Source: Planctomycetota bacterium (GTDB lineage Bacteria > Planctomycetota > UBA1135 > UBA2386). Taken from it: a DNA stretch of 57,653 bases. The number at the start of each line of letters is the position of its first letter. Position 1 is the first letter of the stretch. Where the stretch lies: assembly GCA_947501605.1 (NCBI GenBank), contig CANMWZ010000026.1:1-57653 (forward strand), given 5' to 3'. The translations under genes and the position numbers were made by a program. Of the stretch, positions 39,176 to 48,594 are shown in pieces. The notes under the pieces are model-generated. The model was not told the DNA's origin and made no database searches. It saw nothing but the letters and a program-made list of their open reading frames with translations.

Positions 39176-39420
39176 CGCGTCGCCTCTTCGTGGGCGCTGC
39201 GTTCTCGCGGTTCGCGCTTGCTGAGCACCGCGCGCAGCAGCACGGGCCACAACGCGATCGCGCCCGGCAGGATGATGGCGCGGAAGCCCGCTGAGGCACC
39301 CTTGGCGGCAGGGTCGATGCGAGCGGCGAACACACCGAGGAAGAGCATCCCGAAGATCAGGCCCACGGCGAGATAGGCCAAGAGCGCGATGGTCAGGGCG
39401 TCGAGCAGTCCAAGGTCCAT
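39172..39420 (-). CDS. Small two-TM hypothetical protein
   Basis: 82 aa YLAVGLIFGMLF...IDPAAKGASAGFRAIILPGAIALWPVLL; first gene of a tightly coupled cluster. Confidence 0.7.
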   Translation of the reverse strand: MDLGLLDALTIALLAYLAVGLIFGMLFLGVFAARIDPAAKGASAGFRAIILPGAIALWPVLLRAVLSKREPRERSAHEEATR

Positions 39421-39582
39421 TGTGGTCGCTACCGTCGGGGTCTGAGCATCAGGGACGAGGGCGACGTTCTAGCCGATGAGTCGTCCTCAGCGAGGCGCTT
39501 TGCGTGGCGATCTGCCGGCTCGCGCGTTCGCGTCGCCGATTGCTGCGCGGTCGATCCGCGGCGTCAGCGAACGCGGTTCGAC

Positions 39583-41190
39583 TCAGGGCTGGACGGTGAT
39601 CCACAGTCCGTTGGACGAAGACCAACCGTTCGGCGGGATGGCGCACGGCGGGTTCCACGCAAAGCCAGCCTGCGCACCGATCGACTGACCGACCAACACG
39701 GGGTCTGCGGGGATTGGCAGCGCCAACGTGCCGATGCCGTTTGCATCGCACAGCATCGCCTGCAGCGACAGGTACGGCGAGTCGAGTCGGAAGTGAATCA
39801 CCATGCCGTGCCCGAATGGATCCGACCCTGGAACATCGACCGCGCTCGCCAGTGCGATGAGGCCGAGTCCGGAGGCGATGCCGTTGGTGCAGCGCAGCGC
39901 GAAGCCGGCATTGCCCTGAGCAGGCGTGGTCAACGAACTCAACGCGTGAGAGCCGTTGCAGCCGGCGGTGCCGACGCCGAAGGGCGCGAGGCCGGGCAAC
40001 GTGTTCGGGTTGGCGGCGATCCGGTAGACGTTGCCGTCGAAGCTGCAGACGTAGAGTTCGCCATTGCCGTCCTCACCAAACGAGGTGATGCCAGCCAAGG
40101 CGTAGCCAGCCGGTGGCAGCAGCTCGATCGTGCGGTCGCGCAGATCGGTCACAGAGCCGTTCTGCCGTCTGAGTGACCAGATCTGATTTCTGACGAAGTC
40201 GCCGAAGAAGTAGGCGCCGTGCAAGTCGGGGATCGCGGCGCCGCGATACACGTAGCCGCCGATGATCGACTGACCAGAGCCCAACGTGTACTCGTGCAGT
40301 GGCCCTGTCAGGGTGCCCGAGCCGCACGGGCAGACGTTGATACCTGTGCACACCGTGCCCGACATGCACGACCAGCCATAGTTGCGCCCGGCCCCGGTCC
40401 CGGCGGCGACGAAGTCGATCTCCTCGCGTGGACCACCGACGTCGGCGATCCAGAAGTCGCCAGTGGTGCGATCGAACGAGCAGCGCCAGGGGTTGCGGAA
40501 GCCAAGGGCCCAGATCTCGTCGCGCGGATCACCCGGGCCGACGAATGGGTTGTCCGACGGGATGCCGTAAGGGAGAGGCGGGGTCGTGGTGTCGACGTCG
40601 ATGCGCAGCACCTTGCCCATCAGGCTGTCGCCGCGTTGCGCGTTGTTGAGCGGATCGATCGGAAACGTTGGCGCGAGACTGCCGCCGTCGCCGACGGCGA
40701 TGTAGAGCTTGCCGTCGGCGCCAAACGCGATCGTGCCGCCGTTGTGATTGCCGTACAGCAGCGGAAAGGTCAGCAGCGTCACGGCGCTCGCCGGATCGGC
40801 GACATCGCCGTTGGCGGCACTGGCGGTGTAGCGCTGCAGCGTGACGTTGGGGAATTGCTGCGTGCAGTAGAAGACGAAGAACTGGCGGTTGGTTGCGTAC
40901 TGCGGGTGGAACGCGACGCCGAGCATGCCCATCTCGGCGACGTCGAACACGGTGCCCGGCGTCGCGAGGTCGAGGAACGGCTGGGCTAGGACGATGCCGT
41001 TGCGCAGGATCTTGATGCGTCCGTTCTTCTCGACGACGAAGGCGCGCTGGGTGTCGCCGGAGGGCGCGGTGACGAGCACCGGCCGGTCGAGCCCGGTGGC
41101 GGCGAGTTCGAGGCGCAGTGGCGTTTGGGCCACCAGCGCGGAGAGAGCGAAGCCGAGGATGCAGAGATCGCGGTGGAGGTGGAGGTTCAT
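39583..41190 (-). CDS. PQQ-dependent sugar (glucose/sorbosone) dehydrogenase-like protein with extra C-terminal domain
   Basis: Signal peptide; EMGMLGVAFHP, NHNGGTIAFGADGKLYIAVGDGG, GKVLRID, IWALGFRNPWRCSFD, ITSFGED. Confidence 0.88.
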   Translation of the reverse strand: MNLHLHRDLCILGFALSALVAQTPLRLELAATGLDRPVLVTAPSGDTQRAFVVEKNGRIKILRNGIVLAQPFLDLATPGTVFDVAEMGMLGVAFHPQYATNRQFFVFYCTQQFPNVTLQRYTASAANGDVADPASAVTLLTFPLLYGNHNGGTIAFGADGKLYIAVGDGGSLAPTFPIDPLNNAQRGDSLMGKVLRIDVDTTTPPLPYGIPSDNPFVGPGDPRDEIWALGFRNPWRCSFDRTTGDFWIADVGGPREEIDFVAAGTGAGRNYGWSCMSGTVCTGINVCPCGSGTLTGPLHEYTLGSGQSIIGGYVYRGAAIPDLHGAYFFGDFVRNQIWSLRRQNGSVTDLRDRTIELLPPAGYALAGITSFGEDGNGELYVCSFDGNVYRIAANPNTLPGLAPFGVGTAGCNGSHALSSLTTPAQGNAGFALRCTNGIASGLGLIALASAVDVPGSDPFGHGMVIHFRLDSPYLSLQAMLCDANGIGTLALPIPADPVLVGQSIGAQAGFAWNPPCAIPPNGWSSSNGLWITVQP

Positions 41191-41347
41191 GAAGTGCCTT
41201 GGCGCAGGGTAGGGAGACTAGCGATGCGCGCTGTCCCATGCTGCGCTCGAGGTGGGCCGTCACCGTTTTGCCCACGGCCCGGGGCGCGCAAGCGGCGCAT
41301 CGACGAGTTACTCCCCGGTCCTTGCGGCGATTGAGCCGTTGCCTAGC

Positions 41348-41770
41348 ATGCCCAGCCCCGTGAACCCGACTCGCCGCCGATGGATCGCGATCGTGCTCGT
41401 GCTGTTGCACGTGCTCGGTCCAGGCCTGCACTGGGCGCAGCATGCTGCGGCGGCGCTTTCAGGTGGTGGTGCCGCAGCGGCGAGCCATTGTGGGCACGCC
41501 TCCTGCAGCGCCAAGGCCGCGGTCCCGCACGAACGTGCGCAACGCGCCCGTGGCCTCGAGGCCAATGAGCGCGAGGACCAGCAGCACGATCACGACTGCG
41601 CGCTGTGTTCGCAGTTGCATCGGTTGCACGGCTACGTCGCACCGTCGGTCGACCTGCAAGCCGCGGCGCTCGCGGTCGTCGGCCAGTTCACCGCGGTTGC
41701 GCAAGTGGCTCCAGACGCAGCGCGCCCGACGCTGCCGCCTGCTCGCGCGCCCCCGGTTGCTCTGGCCTGA
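41348..41770 (+). CDS. DUF2946-like leader protein (TM, His-rich, CxxC, C-terminal RAPP)
   Basis: RRRWIAIVLVLLHVLGPGLH...HCGHASC...QHDHDCALC...LPPARAPPVALA; RAPP codons at 41744-41755. Confidence 0.75.
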   Translation: MPSPVNPTRRRWIAIVLVLLHVLGPGLHWAQHAAAALSGGGAAAASHCGHASCSAKAAVPHERAQRARGLEANEREDQQHDHDCALCSQLHRLHGYVAPSVDLQAAALAVVGQFTAVAQVAPDAARPTLPPARAPPVALA

Positions 41771-41871
41771 AACCGTGTGCCGCCTTGCTTGGCGGCGATC
41801 CAGGTCTGCGAGGTGCCGTCGGCGCGAAGTCGCTGCGGTGCCGTCGTTCCGTTCTGCAGGGACAACCGTCC

Positions 41872-43353
41872 GTGAGCAATCTTCGTTCGTTTGGGCCGCC
41901 TCTGTGCGGCGTCTTGTTCGTTTCGTCCGTGTTGGTGCCGAGGGCCGTCGCGCAGACGCCGCCGGGGCCGACACAGGCGCAATCACCGCCCGCGTCGAAC
42001 TCCCCCGACGCGGCAACAGAGGCGCGGCGCCGCAGCCTCGAGGAGGCGCGTGCGGCACTGCCGCAGGCGCAGCCTGGCGCCTGGCAACCGCAGCAGCCCG
42101 GCAACACTTCGACCGGTCTGCGGCTGCAACAGGGCCCCGCCGGAACCGCCACGGGCGTCAATGCCGCTGGCTCCTTCCGGCTGATCGACATCTCGCTCGA
42201 CGTCATCGGCTCGGTCGGCACCTCGACCGCACGCAACGACGTCATCCAGCAACTGCAAGGCGGTCACCACGATCCCAAGCAGCGCGGCTTCACGATGCAG
42301 CAAGCCGAGCTGGCGCTGGCCGGCGCGGTCGACCCGTACTTTCGACTCGACTCCCACATCACCAGCGTCATCGATCCCGATGGTGAGACGATTGTCGAGC
42401 TCGAGGAGGCGTACGCCACCACGACGTCGCTGCCGCATGGGCTGCAAGTCAAGATGGGCCACTACCTCACGGAGTTCGGCCGCATCAACCCGGTGCACCT
42501 TCACGACTGGGATTGGGGTGACCAGCCGGTGGTCGTGTCGCGCGTGTTCGGCGGCGATGGACTGCGAGCACCTGGTGCCCGCGTCAGCTACATCCCGCAG
42601 ACGGATGTCTACTACGACTTCCAGCTCGGCGTGCAGAACGCGAGCGGCGAGACTGCCAAGAGCTTCCTCGCCAACGACGAGGTCTATGGCGAGGAGCCCA
42701 TTGGCGGGCGCTTCTTCCAAGAACGCGACGTGCGTGGCCTCAAGGACTCGCTGTGGACGGCGCGCGCCTCGTCGAGCCTCACGTGGAACGACACCAATGT
42801 CTTCAACTACGGCGTCTCGGCACTCTATGGCCCCAACGCCACCGGCAATGATGGCGAGACGTTCGTCTACGGCGCCGACTTCGTCTATCTGTGGCGACCG
42901 GTGAGCACGGACAAAGGCTGGCCCTTCTTCAAGTTGCAGGGCGAGTGGATCGGCCGAGTGTTCGATGCCTCAGCGCAGATCGACGAGAACGACCCACTGA
43001 ACGGCGCCGACGACGTCGTGGTGCCTGGCGACACGCTTCGTGACCACGGCTTCTTCCTGCAGGGGCTCTGGGGCTTCCAACGCGGTTGGTCGACGGGTTT
43101 GCGCGGCGAATACGCTACCGGATCGGGCGAGAGCTACGACGCGGTGGCGGACACGTTCTCGCGCGCGGCGGACTTCGACCGCACCGATCGACTTCGCATC
43201 TCGCCGGTCCTCGTCTTCCAGCCGAGCGAGTTCTCGCGCATCCGGCTGCAGTACAACTACGACGAGTCCGACCATCTCGGCGACAGCGGTGAACACTCGG
43301 TGTGGATCACGTTCCAAACCCTGATCGGCGTCCACCAACCGCACCGGATGTGA
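41872..43353 (+). CDS. Putative outer-membrane beta-barrel associated with metal ABC uptake
   Basis: Signal peptide; GGHHDPKQRGF, AVDPYF, FGRINPVHLHDW, PSEFSRIRLQY; C-terminal GVHQPHRM; many amphipathic beta strands. Confidence 0.7.
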   Translation: MSNLRSFGPPLCGVLFVSSVLVPRAVAQTPPGPTQAQSPPASNSPDAATEARRRSLEEARAALPQAQPGAWQPQQPGNTSTGLRLQQGPAGTATGVNAAGSFRLIDISLDVIGSVGTSTARNDVIQQLQGGHHDPKQRGFTMQQAELALAGAVDPYFRLDSHITSVIDPDGETIVELEEAYATTTSLPHGLQVKMGHYLTEFGRINPVHLHDWDWGDQPVVVSRVFGGDGLRAPGARVSYIPQTDVYYDFQLGVQNASGETAKSFLANDEVYGEEPIGGRFFQERDVRGLKDSLWTARASSSLTWNDTNVFNYGVSALYGPNATGNDGETFVYGADFVYLWRPVSTDKGWPFFKLQGEWIGRVFDASAQIDENDPLNGADDVVVPGDTLRDHGFFLQGLWGFQRGWSTGLRGEYATGSGESYDAVADTFSRAADFDRTDRLRISPVLVFQPSEFSRIRLQYNYDESDHLGDSGEHSVWITFQTLIGVHQPHRM

Positions 43354-43357
43354 TGCG

Positions 43358-44476
43358 ATGAAAAACGTACACAAGCATCAGCTGTCCTCTTGGCGTGCCG
43401 GCGCGGTTGTCGTCCTCTGCGCCATCGCGAGCGCTCTGGCGCAGGAGTCGACTCCGGCGGCCAAGCCGACGGTCGAGCCGCTGCGCGTAGTCGTCACCAT
43501 CCCCGACCTCGGCGCGTTGGCGCGCGCGGTGGGGGGCGACCTCGTCACCGTCGACGCTCTGGTGCGCGGCACCGAGGATCCGCACTTCACCGTGGCGCGG
43601 CCGAGCCTTGTTCGGCTCTTGTCTCGCGCCGACATGCTGGTTGTCGTCGGTCTCGATCTCGAGACTGCGTGGCTGCAGCCGCTGTGCGACAACGCCCGCA
43701 ATCCGTCGATCCAGCGCACCGGCGCCAGCAACACCGGCACTGGCTTCGCGGGTCCCGGCTACATCGACGCCAGCCGTGCGATCGTGCTGCGCGGCGTACT
43801 GGCCGACCGCCTCGATCGTTCGCTCGGGGATCTGCACCGCGGTGGCAACCCGCACTACCTCACGGATCCACTCTGCGGTTTGAATGTCGCTGAGTTCTTG
43901 CGCGACCAGTTCAGTGCCGTGCGGCCAGATGGCAAAGCCGCGTTTGCCAGCAACTGCACCAAGTTCCGGGAGCAGATGTGCACTGCGATGGTCGGCGAAC
44001 GCATCGCCCGTGCCTACGACTTCGATGCCGCGACGCTGGCCAGGCTTTACGAACTGGATCGCCTCGACGCGCTGCTCGAAGAGAACGGCGACCGCGACCA
44101 GCTCGGCGGTTGGTTCGAGGCGATGCGTCCGTATCGCGGCGTACAGGTCATCGCCGATCACGACTTGTGGCCTTACTTCGCCGCCCGGTTCGGCGTTCGT
44201 GTCCGCGGCTTCCTCGAGCCCAAGGCCGGCATCGCACCAACGACTCGTCACTTGGAGGAGATCGTCACCTTGATGCAGCAGGAGAAGATCGAGGTGCTGT
44301 GGAGCACGCCGTACTTTTCCCCGCAGCACGCGCAGTTCGTCGCTGGCAAGACCGGGGCGCGTATTGCGTCGCTGGCGCACCAGGTCGGCGCCCGCGATGG
44401 TTGCGACGACTTCATCGCGATGGTCGATCACAACGTCCGAGCGCTGGTCGCAGCGATCCGCGGAACCGGCCAGTGA
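43358..44476 (+). CDS. Zn/Mn ABC transporter substrate-binding protein (ZnuA/TroA family)
   Basis: LRVVVTIPDL, EDPHF, GNPHYLTDP, HDLWPYF, LEPKAGIAPT. Confidence 0.9.
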   Translation: MKNVHKHQLSSWRAGAVVVLCAIASALAQESTPAAKPTVEPLRVVVTIPDLGALARAVGGDLVTVDALVRGTEDPHFTVARPSLVRLLSRADMLVVVGLDLETAWLQPLCDNARNPSIQRTGASNTGTGFAGPGYIDASRAIVLRGVLADRLDRSLGDLHRGGNPHYLTDPLCGLNVAEFLRDQFSAVRPDGKAAFASNCTKFREQMCTAMVGERIARAYDFDAATLARLYELDRLDALLEENGDRDQLGGWFEAMRPYRGVQVIADHDLWPYFAARFGVRVRGFLEPKAGIAPTTRHLEEIVTLMQQEKIEVLWSTPYFSPQHAQFVAGKTGARIASLAHQVGARDGCDDFIAMVDHNVRALVAAIRGTGQ

Positions 44477-45159
44477 CGACGCGCGGCGAAGTTCTGTTGC
44501 AAACGCATGGCCTCGCCGTTGGCCGTCGCGTGCCGCTCTTGCGCGACGTCGCGTGGGAGCTGCACTCGGGCCAGTGTTGGTTCTTGCTCGGGCCAAATGG
44601 CGCCGGCAAGAGCACGTTGCTGCTCACGGCTCTGGGCTTGCTGCCGCCGTTGGCCGGAAGCGTCTCCCTGCATGAGAGTCTCTGGTCGCGACGTTCGCTG
44701 GGGTTCGTGCCCCAGCAGGATGCTAGTGCCGTGACGCTGCCGATCACGGTTGCCGAGTTCGTCGCGCTCGGGCTCTGCGACCTGCCGATGTCAAAGGCGG
44801 AGCTGCACGAACGCAGGGATCGGGCAATCGCTGCGATGGGCATGGCTCTGGCTAGCAGCCAGAAGGTCGCCGAGTTGTCGCTCGGGCAACGTCGCCGCAC
44901 TCTGGTCGCGCGCGCGATGGCGCGGCAGCCTCGCCTCCTGGTCATCGACGAGCCGACGGCCAACCTCGATCCGGAGACGTCGATGCGGTTCGCTGCGGAT
45001 CTCGACCGGCTGCGGCGCGAGACTGGAGTTTGCATCGTGCACGCAGCCCATGACCTGCTGCTGGCGAGTCAGTTTGCAACGCACGTGGCGCGCATCGTCG
45101 GTGATCGCCTCGAAGTGGTCGAACCTGCCGCCATCGGCGGCCCCACGGTCCCGCGATGA
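44473..45159 (+). CDS. Metal ABC transporter ATPase (ZnuC-like)
   Basis: GPNGAGKS, LSLGQ, LLVIDEPT, H-loop; GTGA overlap with SBP stop. Confidence 0.88.
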   Translation: MTTRGEVLLQTHGLAVGRRVPLLRDVAWELHSGQCWFLLGPNGAGKSTLLLTALGLLPPLAGSVSLHESLWSRRSLGFVPQQDASAVTLPITVAEFVALGLCDLPMSKAELHERRDRAIAAMGMALASSQKVAELSLGQRRRTLVARAMARQPRLLVIDEPTANLDPETSMRFAADLDRLRRETGVCIVHAAHDLLLASQFATHVARIVGDRLEVVEPAAIGGPTVPR

Positions 45160-46001
45160 TGGACTGGCTTGGCGAGACGATGGGCTTGTTCTTTGCCGCC
45201 TATGGCACGGCACTGGCACTTGCCCTGCTGCTGCCCTGGCTCGGGGTGCTGTTGGTGCTGCGGCAGCGGGTGTTCACAGCGGCCGCGGTAGCCCAGAGCG
45301 CGGCGTTCGGCTTTGCGGTCGGACTCTACTTCGGGATTGGTGACGACCACAGTGGGCACGGTCACGATGGACCGCTGTTGCTGCTGTTGGGCGCGTCGTT
45401 CGGCGTGTTCGCCGGCATGTTCTCCATGCAGCGCCTCCGCACCGCTGCTGCCGGGCTCGAGTCGTGGTCGGCCGTGCTGTTCTTGCTCGGCAGCAGCGGT
45501 TCGATGCTGTTGCTGTCGAACTCACCGCACGGCATGCAGGACATCCAGCGGCTGCAGTTGTCGAGTCTGCTCGGTGCGACGCCGCTCGATCTTGCCATTG
45601 CCGTGGCGCTCTTGGCGGCCACGTTGGTCGCTGGCATTTGGTGCGGGCCGCGCATCCTGTTGGTTGCCAGTGACGAGGGCGTGGCGCAGGTGCTCGGTCT
45701 GCCGGTTCGGGCCTGGCGGACGACGCTGGGTGTTTTCATCGGTCTGTGCCTGTCGTTCGCGATTCACGCCACGGGTTTGCTGTTCGCGTTCGGCTGCACG
45801 GTGTTGCCAGTGCTGTTCGTTCGCGAGGTTGCGCCGTCGCTTCGTGCCGTTCTGTGGCTGGCACCGTCCGTGTCGGTCGCCACCGTGGGGCTCGCGCTGT
45901 GGCTCGCGCAGTTGGAAGGACTCGACTTGCCGCCGGGGCAGACCGCGGTTGCCGTGCAAGCGGCCGTGGTCGCGCTGGCGATGGCAATGCGGCGGCGGTA
46001 G
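45156..46001 (+). CDS. Metal ABC transporter permease (ZnuB-like)
   Basis: Multi-TM; His-rich loop DDHSGHGHDG; DLPPGQTAV. Confidence 0.85.
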   Translation: MMDWLGETMGLFFAAYGTALALALLLPWLGVLLVLRQRVFTAAAVAQSAAFGFAVGLYFGIGDDHSGHGHDGPLLLLLGASFGVFAGMFSMQRLRTAAAGLESWSAVLFLLGSSGSMLLLSNSPHGMQDIQRLQLSSLLGATPLDLAIAVALLAATLVAGIWCGPRILLVASDEGVAQVLGLPVRAWRTTLGVFIGLCLSFAIHATGLLFAFGCTVLPVLFVREVAPSLRAVLWLAPSVSVATVGLALWLAQLEGLDLPPGQTAVAVQAAVVALAMAMRRR

Positions 46002-46077
46002 AGCGGCTCGGCGCCCGCGAGTTGGCAACTGACGTCTTGCCTCACAGCGCTTGTGCCTGTGCGATGCGCGCCGCCCG

Positions 46078-47445
46078 ATGAAGCTGACATTCGTCGTTCA
46101 CCAGTTCCTGCCCCGGTACTTCACCGGCACGGAGCAGTACGTCTACGCGGTCGCCAAGGCGATGCAGGCGCGTGGCCACGATGTCGAGGTGTTCGCTCTC
46201 GAGCCCAACTTCGCCGAACTGCAGCCGTCGATGCTGCAGGAACGCGAGTTGGTCGATGGGATCCCGGTCGTGCGGCTGCGGTTTTGGTACTGCACCGATC
46301 GGGACTTCGAGCGGATGGAGTATGCGAATCCGCTGGTCAGCGCGAAGTTCGCTCACTATCTGCGGCAACGCCGTCCGGACGCGGTGCACTTTTTCCATGT
46401 GCGCTACCTCGGCGCCAGCTTGGTCGGTGAAGCCAAGGCCCAGTCGTTGACGGCAGTCGTCCATCTGATGGACTTCTGGTTCCTGTGCCCAGCCGTCGTG
46501 CTTCGCCGCGGCGACGGAAGCTTGTGCGATGGCCCGCCAGAAGGAGGCCTCGGTTGCGTTGACTGCGTGCGTCCGGACCTCGGCCAAGCGCTCGATCAGC
46601 GGTCGATCCGCGACGAAGTGCGCGCGCTGGCACCGATGTTGCCGCCTGGACTTGCACCGCGGCAGTCGCATGCCCACCGGGCCTTCACCCTGACCGGTCG
46701 ATTGCCGCTGCTGCGCGAGCACCTGCTGCGGGCCGATCGCATCGTCGCGCCGTCGCGGTTTCTCCGGTCGATGTTCGTCAACAACGGCTATCCCGAGTCG
46801 CGCATCGAAGTGCTGTCGTACGGGATCGACGAGTCGCGCCTCGCGCATTGCGCGACCGAGCGAACGATGCGTCCATTCGACGCGCCGCTGCGCTGCGCGT
46901 ACTTCGGGACGATTGCGGAGTACAAGGGCACCGATGTTGCGGTCGACGCAGTGCTCGGCAGCCAGGCCGCGATCGACCTCAAGGTCTATGGACGCACCAG
47001 CGACTTCGCAGAGTTTGCGGGGCCGCTGGTCGAGCGTGCTCGCAACGACGCGCGAATCGCGTTTCCTGGACCATTTGCCCGCGAACACCTCGGTCAGGTT
47101 CTGGCCGAGACCGACGTGCTGTTGGTCCCGTCGCGCTGGTACGAGAACACGCCGTTCGTGGTGCACGAAGCGTTTGCTGGCGGCGTGCCGGTGGTCGCCA
47201 GTGATCTCGGCGGCTTGCGCGAACTGGTGCGCGACGGCGTGTGCGGCGATCTGTTCATTCCTGGCTCTGCGCTCGATCTGCGCTTGCGGCTCGAACGCTT
47301 GGTGCGCGAACCCGAGCGGCTCGCGCGCTATCGGTCGGCGCTGCCGCGTCAGAAGGGCATGGCCGAGAACGCCGCCGAGATCGAGGATCTGTACCGTTCG
47401 ATTCCCGGTGGCGTCGCACCGCCCGTCACTACGACCCGAGCATGA
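46078..47445 (+). CDS. Glycosyltransferase family 4
   Basis: VHQFLPRYFTGTEQY, DFWFLCP, YKG, VPSRWYENTPFVVHEA, SDLGGLRE. Confidence 0.9.
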   Translation: MKLTFVVHQFLPRYFTGTEQYVYAVAKAMQARGHDVEVFALEPNFAELQPSMLQERELVDGIPVVRLRFWYCTDRDFERMEYANPLVSAKFAHYLRQRRPDAVHFFHVRYLGASLVGEAKAQSLTAVVHLMDFWFLCPAVVLRRGDGSLCDGPPEGGLGCVDCVRPDLGQALDQRSIRDEVRALAPMLPPGLAPRQSHAHRAFTLTGRLPLLREHLLRADRIVAPSRFLRSMFVNNGYPESRIEVLSYGIDESRLAHCATERTMRPFDAPLRCAYFGTIAEYKGTDVAVDAVLGSQAAIDLKVYGRTSDFAEFAGPLVERARNDARIAFPGPFAREHLGQVLAETDVLLVPSRWYENTPFVVHEAFAGGVPVVASDLGGLRELVRDGVCGDLFIPGSALDLRLRLERLVREPERLARYRSALPRQKGMAENAAEIEDLYRSIPGGVAPPVTTTRA

Positions 47446-47657
47446 ACGACTCCGACACCGCCCAGAAGCTCCTCGCCATCGAGTCCCGGCTCGTGCGCAT
47501 CGAGTCCGCAATGGCCGAGGCGGCGCAGTTGCGCGCGGCGCTGCAGCACGAGGTCGAGAGCCGCCGTCAGTTGGCGGAGCAGGCCGCCTACTTGCTGGAG
47601 ATGCTCGGAGAGGCGCGGCGCGAGCTGAAGTCGCTGCGGGCAGACAACAAGTCGTGA
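47442..47657 (+). CDS. Small coiled-coil hypothetical protein (71 aa)
   Basis: ATGA overlap with GT4 stop; heptad-rich MNDSDTAQKLLAIESRLVRIE... Confidence 0.6.
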   Translation: MNDSDTAQKLLAIESRLVRIESAMAEAAQLRAALQHEVESRRQLAEQAAYLLEMLGEARRELKSLRADNKS

Positions 47658-47670
47658 TGCGCGCGCCCGG

Positions 47671-48594
47671 CTAGTGGGTGCGTTCGCGGCACCGTGCGAC
47701 CAGTTCGCGCACCAGAGCCCGCAGGCTCGCCTCGGTGCGCCAGCCGCGATACCTCGCGTGCACCTTCTCGCCGCGGATCGGGGATCGCGGCTCCGGTGCC
47801 TTTGCGCACGAGTTGCAGATCGGTCGCCCGAGCTCGTGTTCGAGCATCGGCACGACGCTCGCGTGGTCGATCCAGCGATCGAAGGTGTGCACGATTTGGC
47901 CGCGTAGCGATGCGTCGCCGACGGCGTCAGCGAGGAGCGTTGCCGCATCCTCGACTGCCAAGCTGTAGGCGCCGAACGGGGACCGGATCTCGCCGGTGCG
48001 CACGGCTTCGTCCACCGTGCTGAACAATGGACTCGTGGTCCACGGGTCGCGCAGGCCGAGCACGCAACCCAGGCGCCAGCAGGAAGTGTTCAGCTGGTAG
48101 GTGTGTGCCGCCGTGCGCAGGAGTTGTTCGCAGGCCGCGCGCAGGCTGCCGTAGAACTCGAGCGGCAGCAGCGCACATTCCTCGTCGCGGAGCAGCGTGT
48201 CGCCGCGCGGGTCCAAGTTGGGATCGCGGCTGAACACGGCGAGGCTGCTGGTGTAGATCAACTGCTGGTCGCGAGTTCGGACGGTGCGCTCCAACAGGCG
48301 CATGGTCCCAAGAAAGTTCTCGTCGAACCACCGTTGCGTTGAGGCCGAGTCGGTCGCCGGCCCTGGTTCTGCGTAGGCCGCATGAAGAATGCAGTCGGCG
48401 CCGTCGACGAGTCGGTCGAGGGCCGCTTCGTCGGTCAGGCTCCCTTCGACGAGAATTGCGCCGACTGGCGTCACTCGGCGGGTCGCTGGGCGCGGGCGGG
48501 ACAGCAGGCGCACGGTGTGGCCGCGGTGCAGCAGCAGCGGTACGAGCGATTGGCCCAGGAGCCCGGTGCCGCCGGTCACGGCGATCGTCGCCAT
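47671..48594 (-). CDS. NAD-dependent epimerase/dehydratase (extended SDR)
   Basis: IAVTGGTGLLG, ILHAA, IYTSS, YGSLR at the YxxxK position. Confidence 0.85.
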   Translation of the reverse strand: MATIAVTGGTGLLGQSLVPLLLHRGHTVRLLSRPRPATRRVTPVGAILVEGSLTDEAALDRLVDGADCILHAAYAEPGPATDSASTQRWFDENFLGTMRLLERTVRTRDQQLIYTSSLAVFSRDPNLDPRGDTLLRDEECALLPLEFYGSLRAACEQLLRTAAHTYQLNTSCWRLGCVLGLRDPWTTSPLFSTVDEAVRTGEIRSPFGAYSLAVEDAATLLADAVGDASLRGQIVHTFDRWIDHASVVPMLEHELGRPICNSCAKAPEPRSPIRGEKVHARYRGWRTEASLRALVRELVARCRERTH

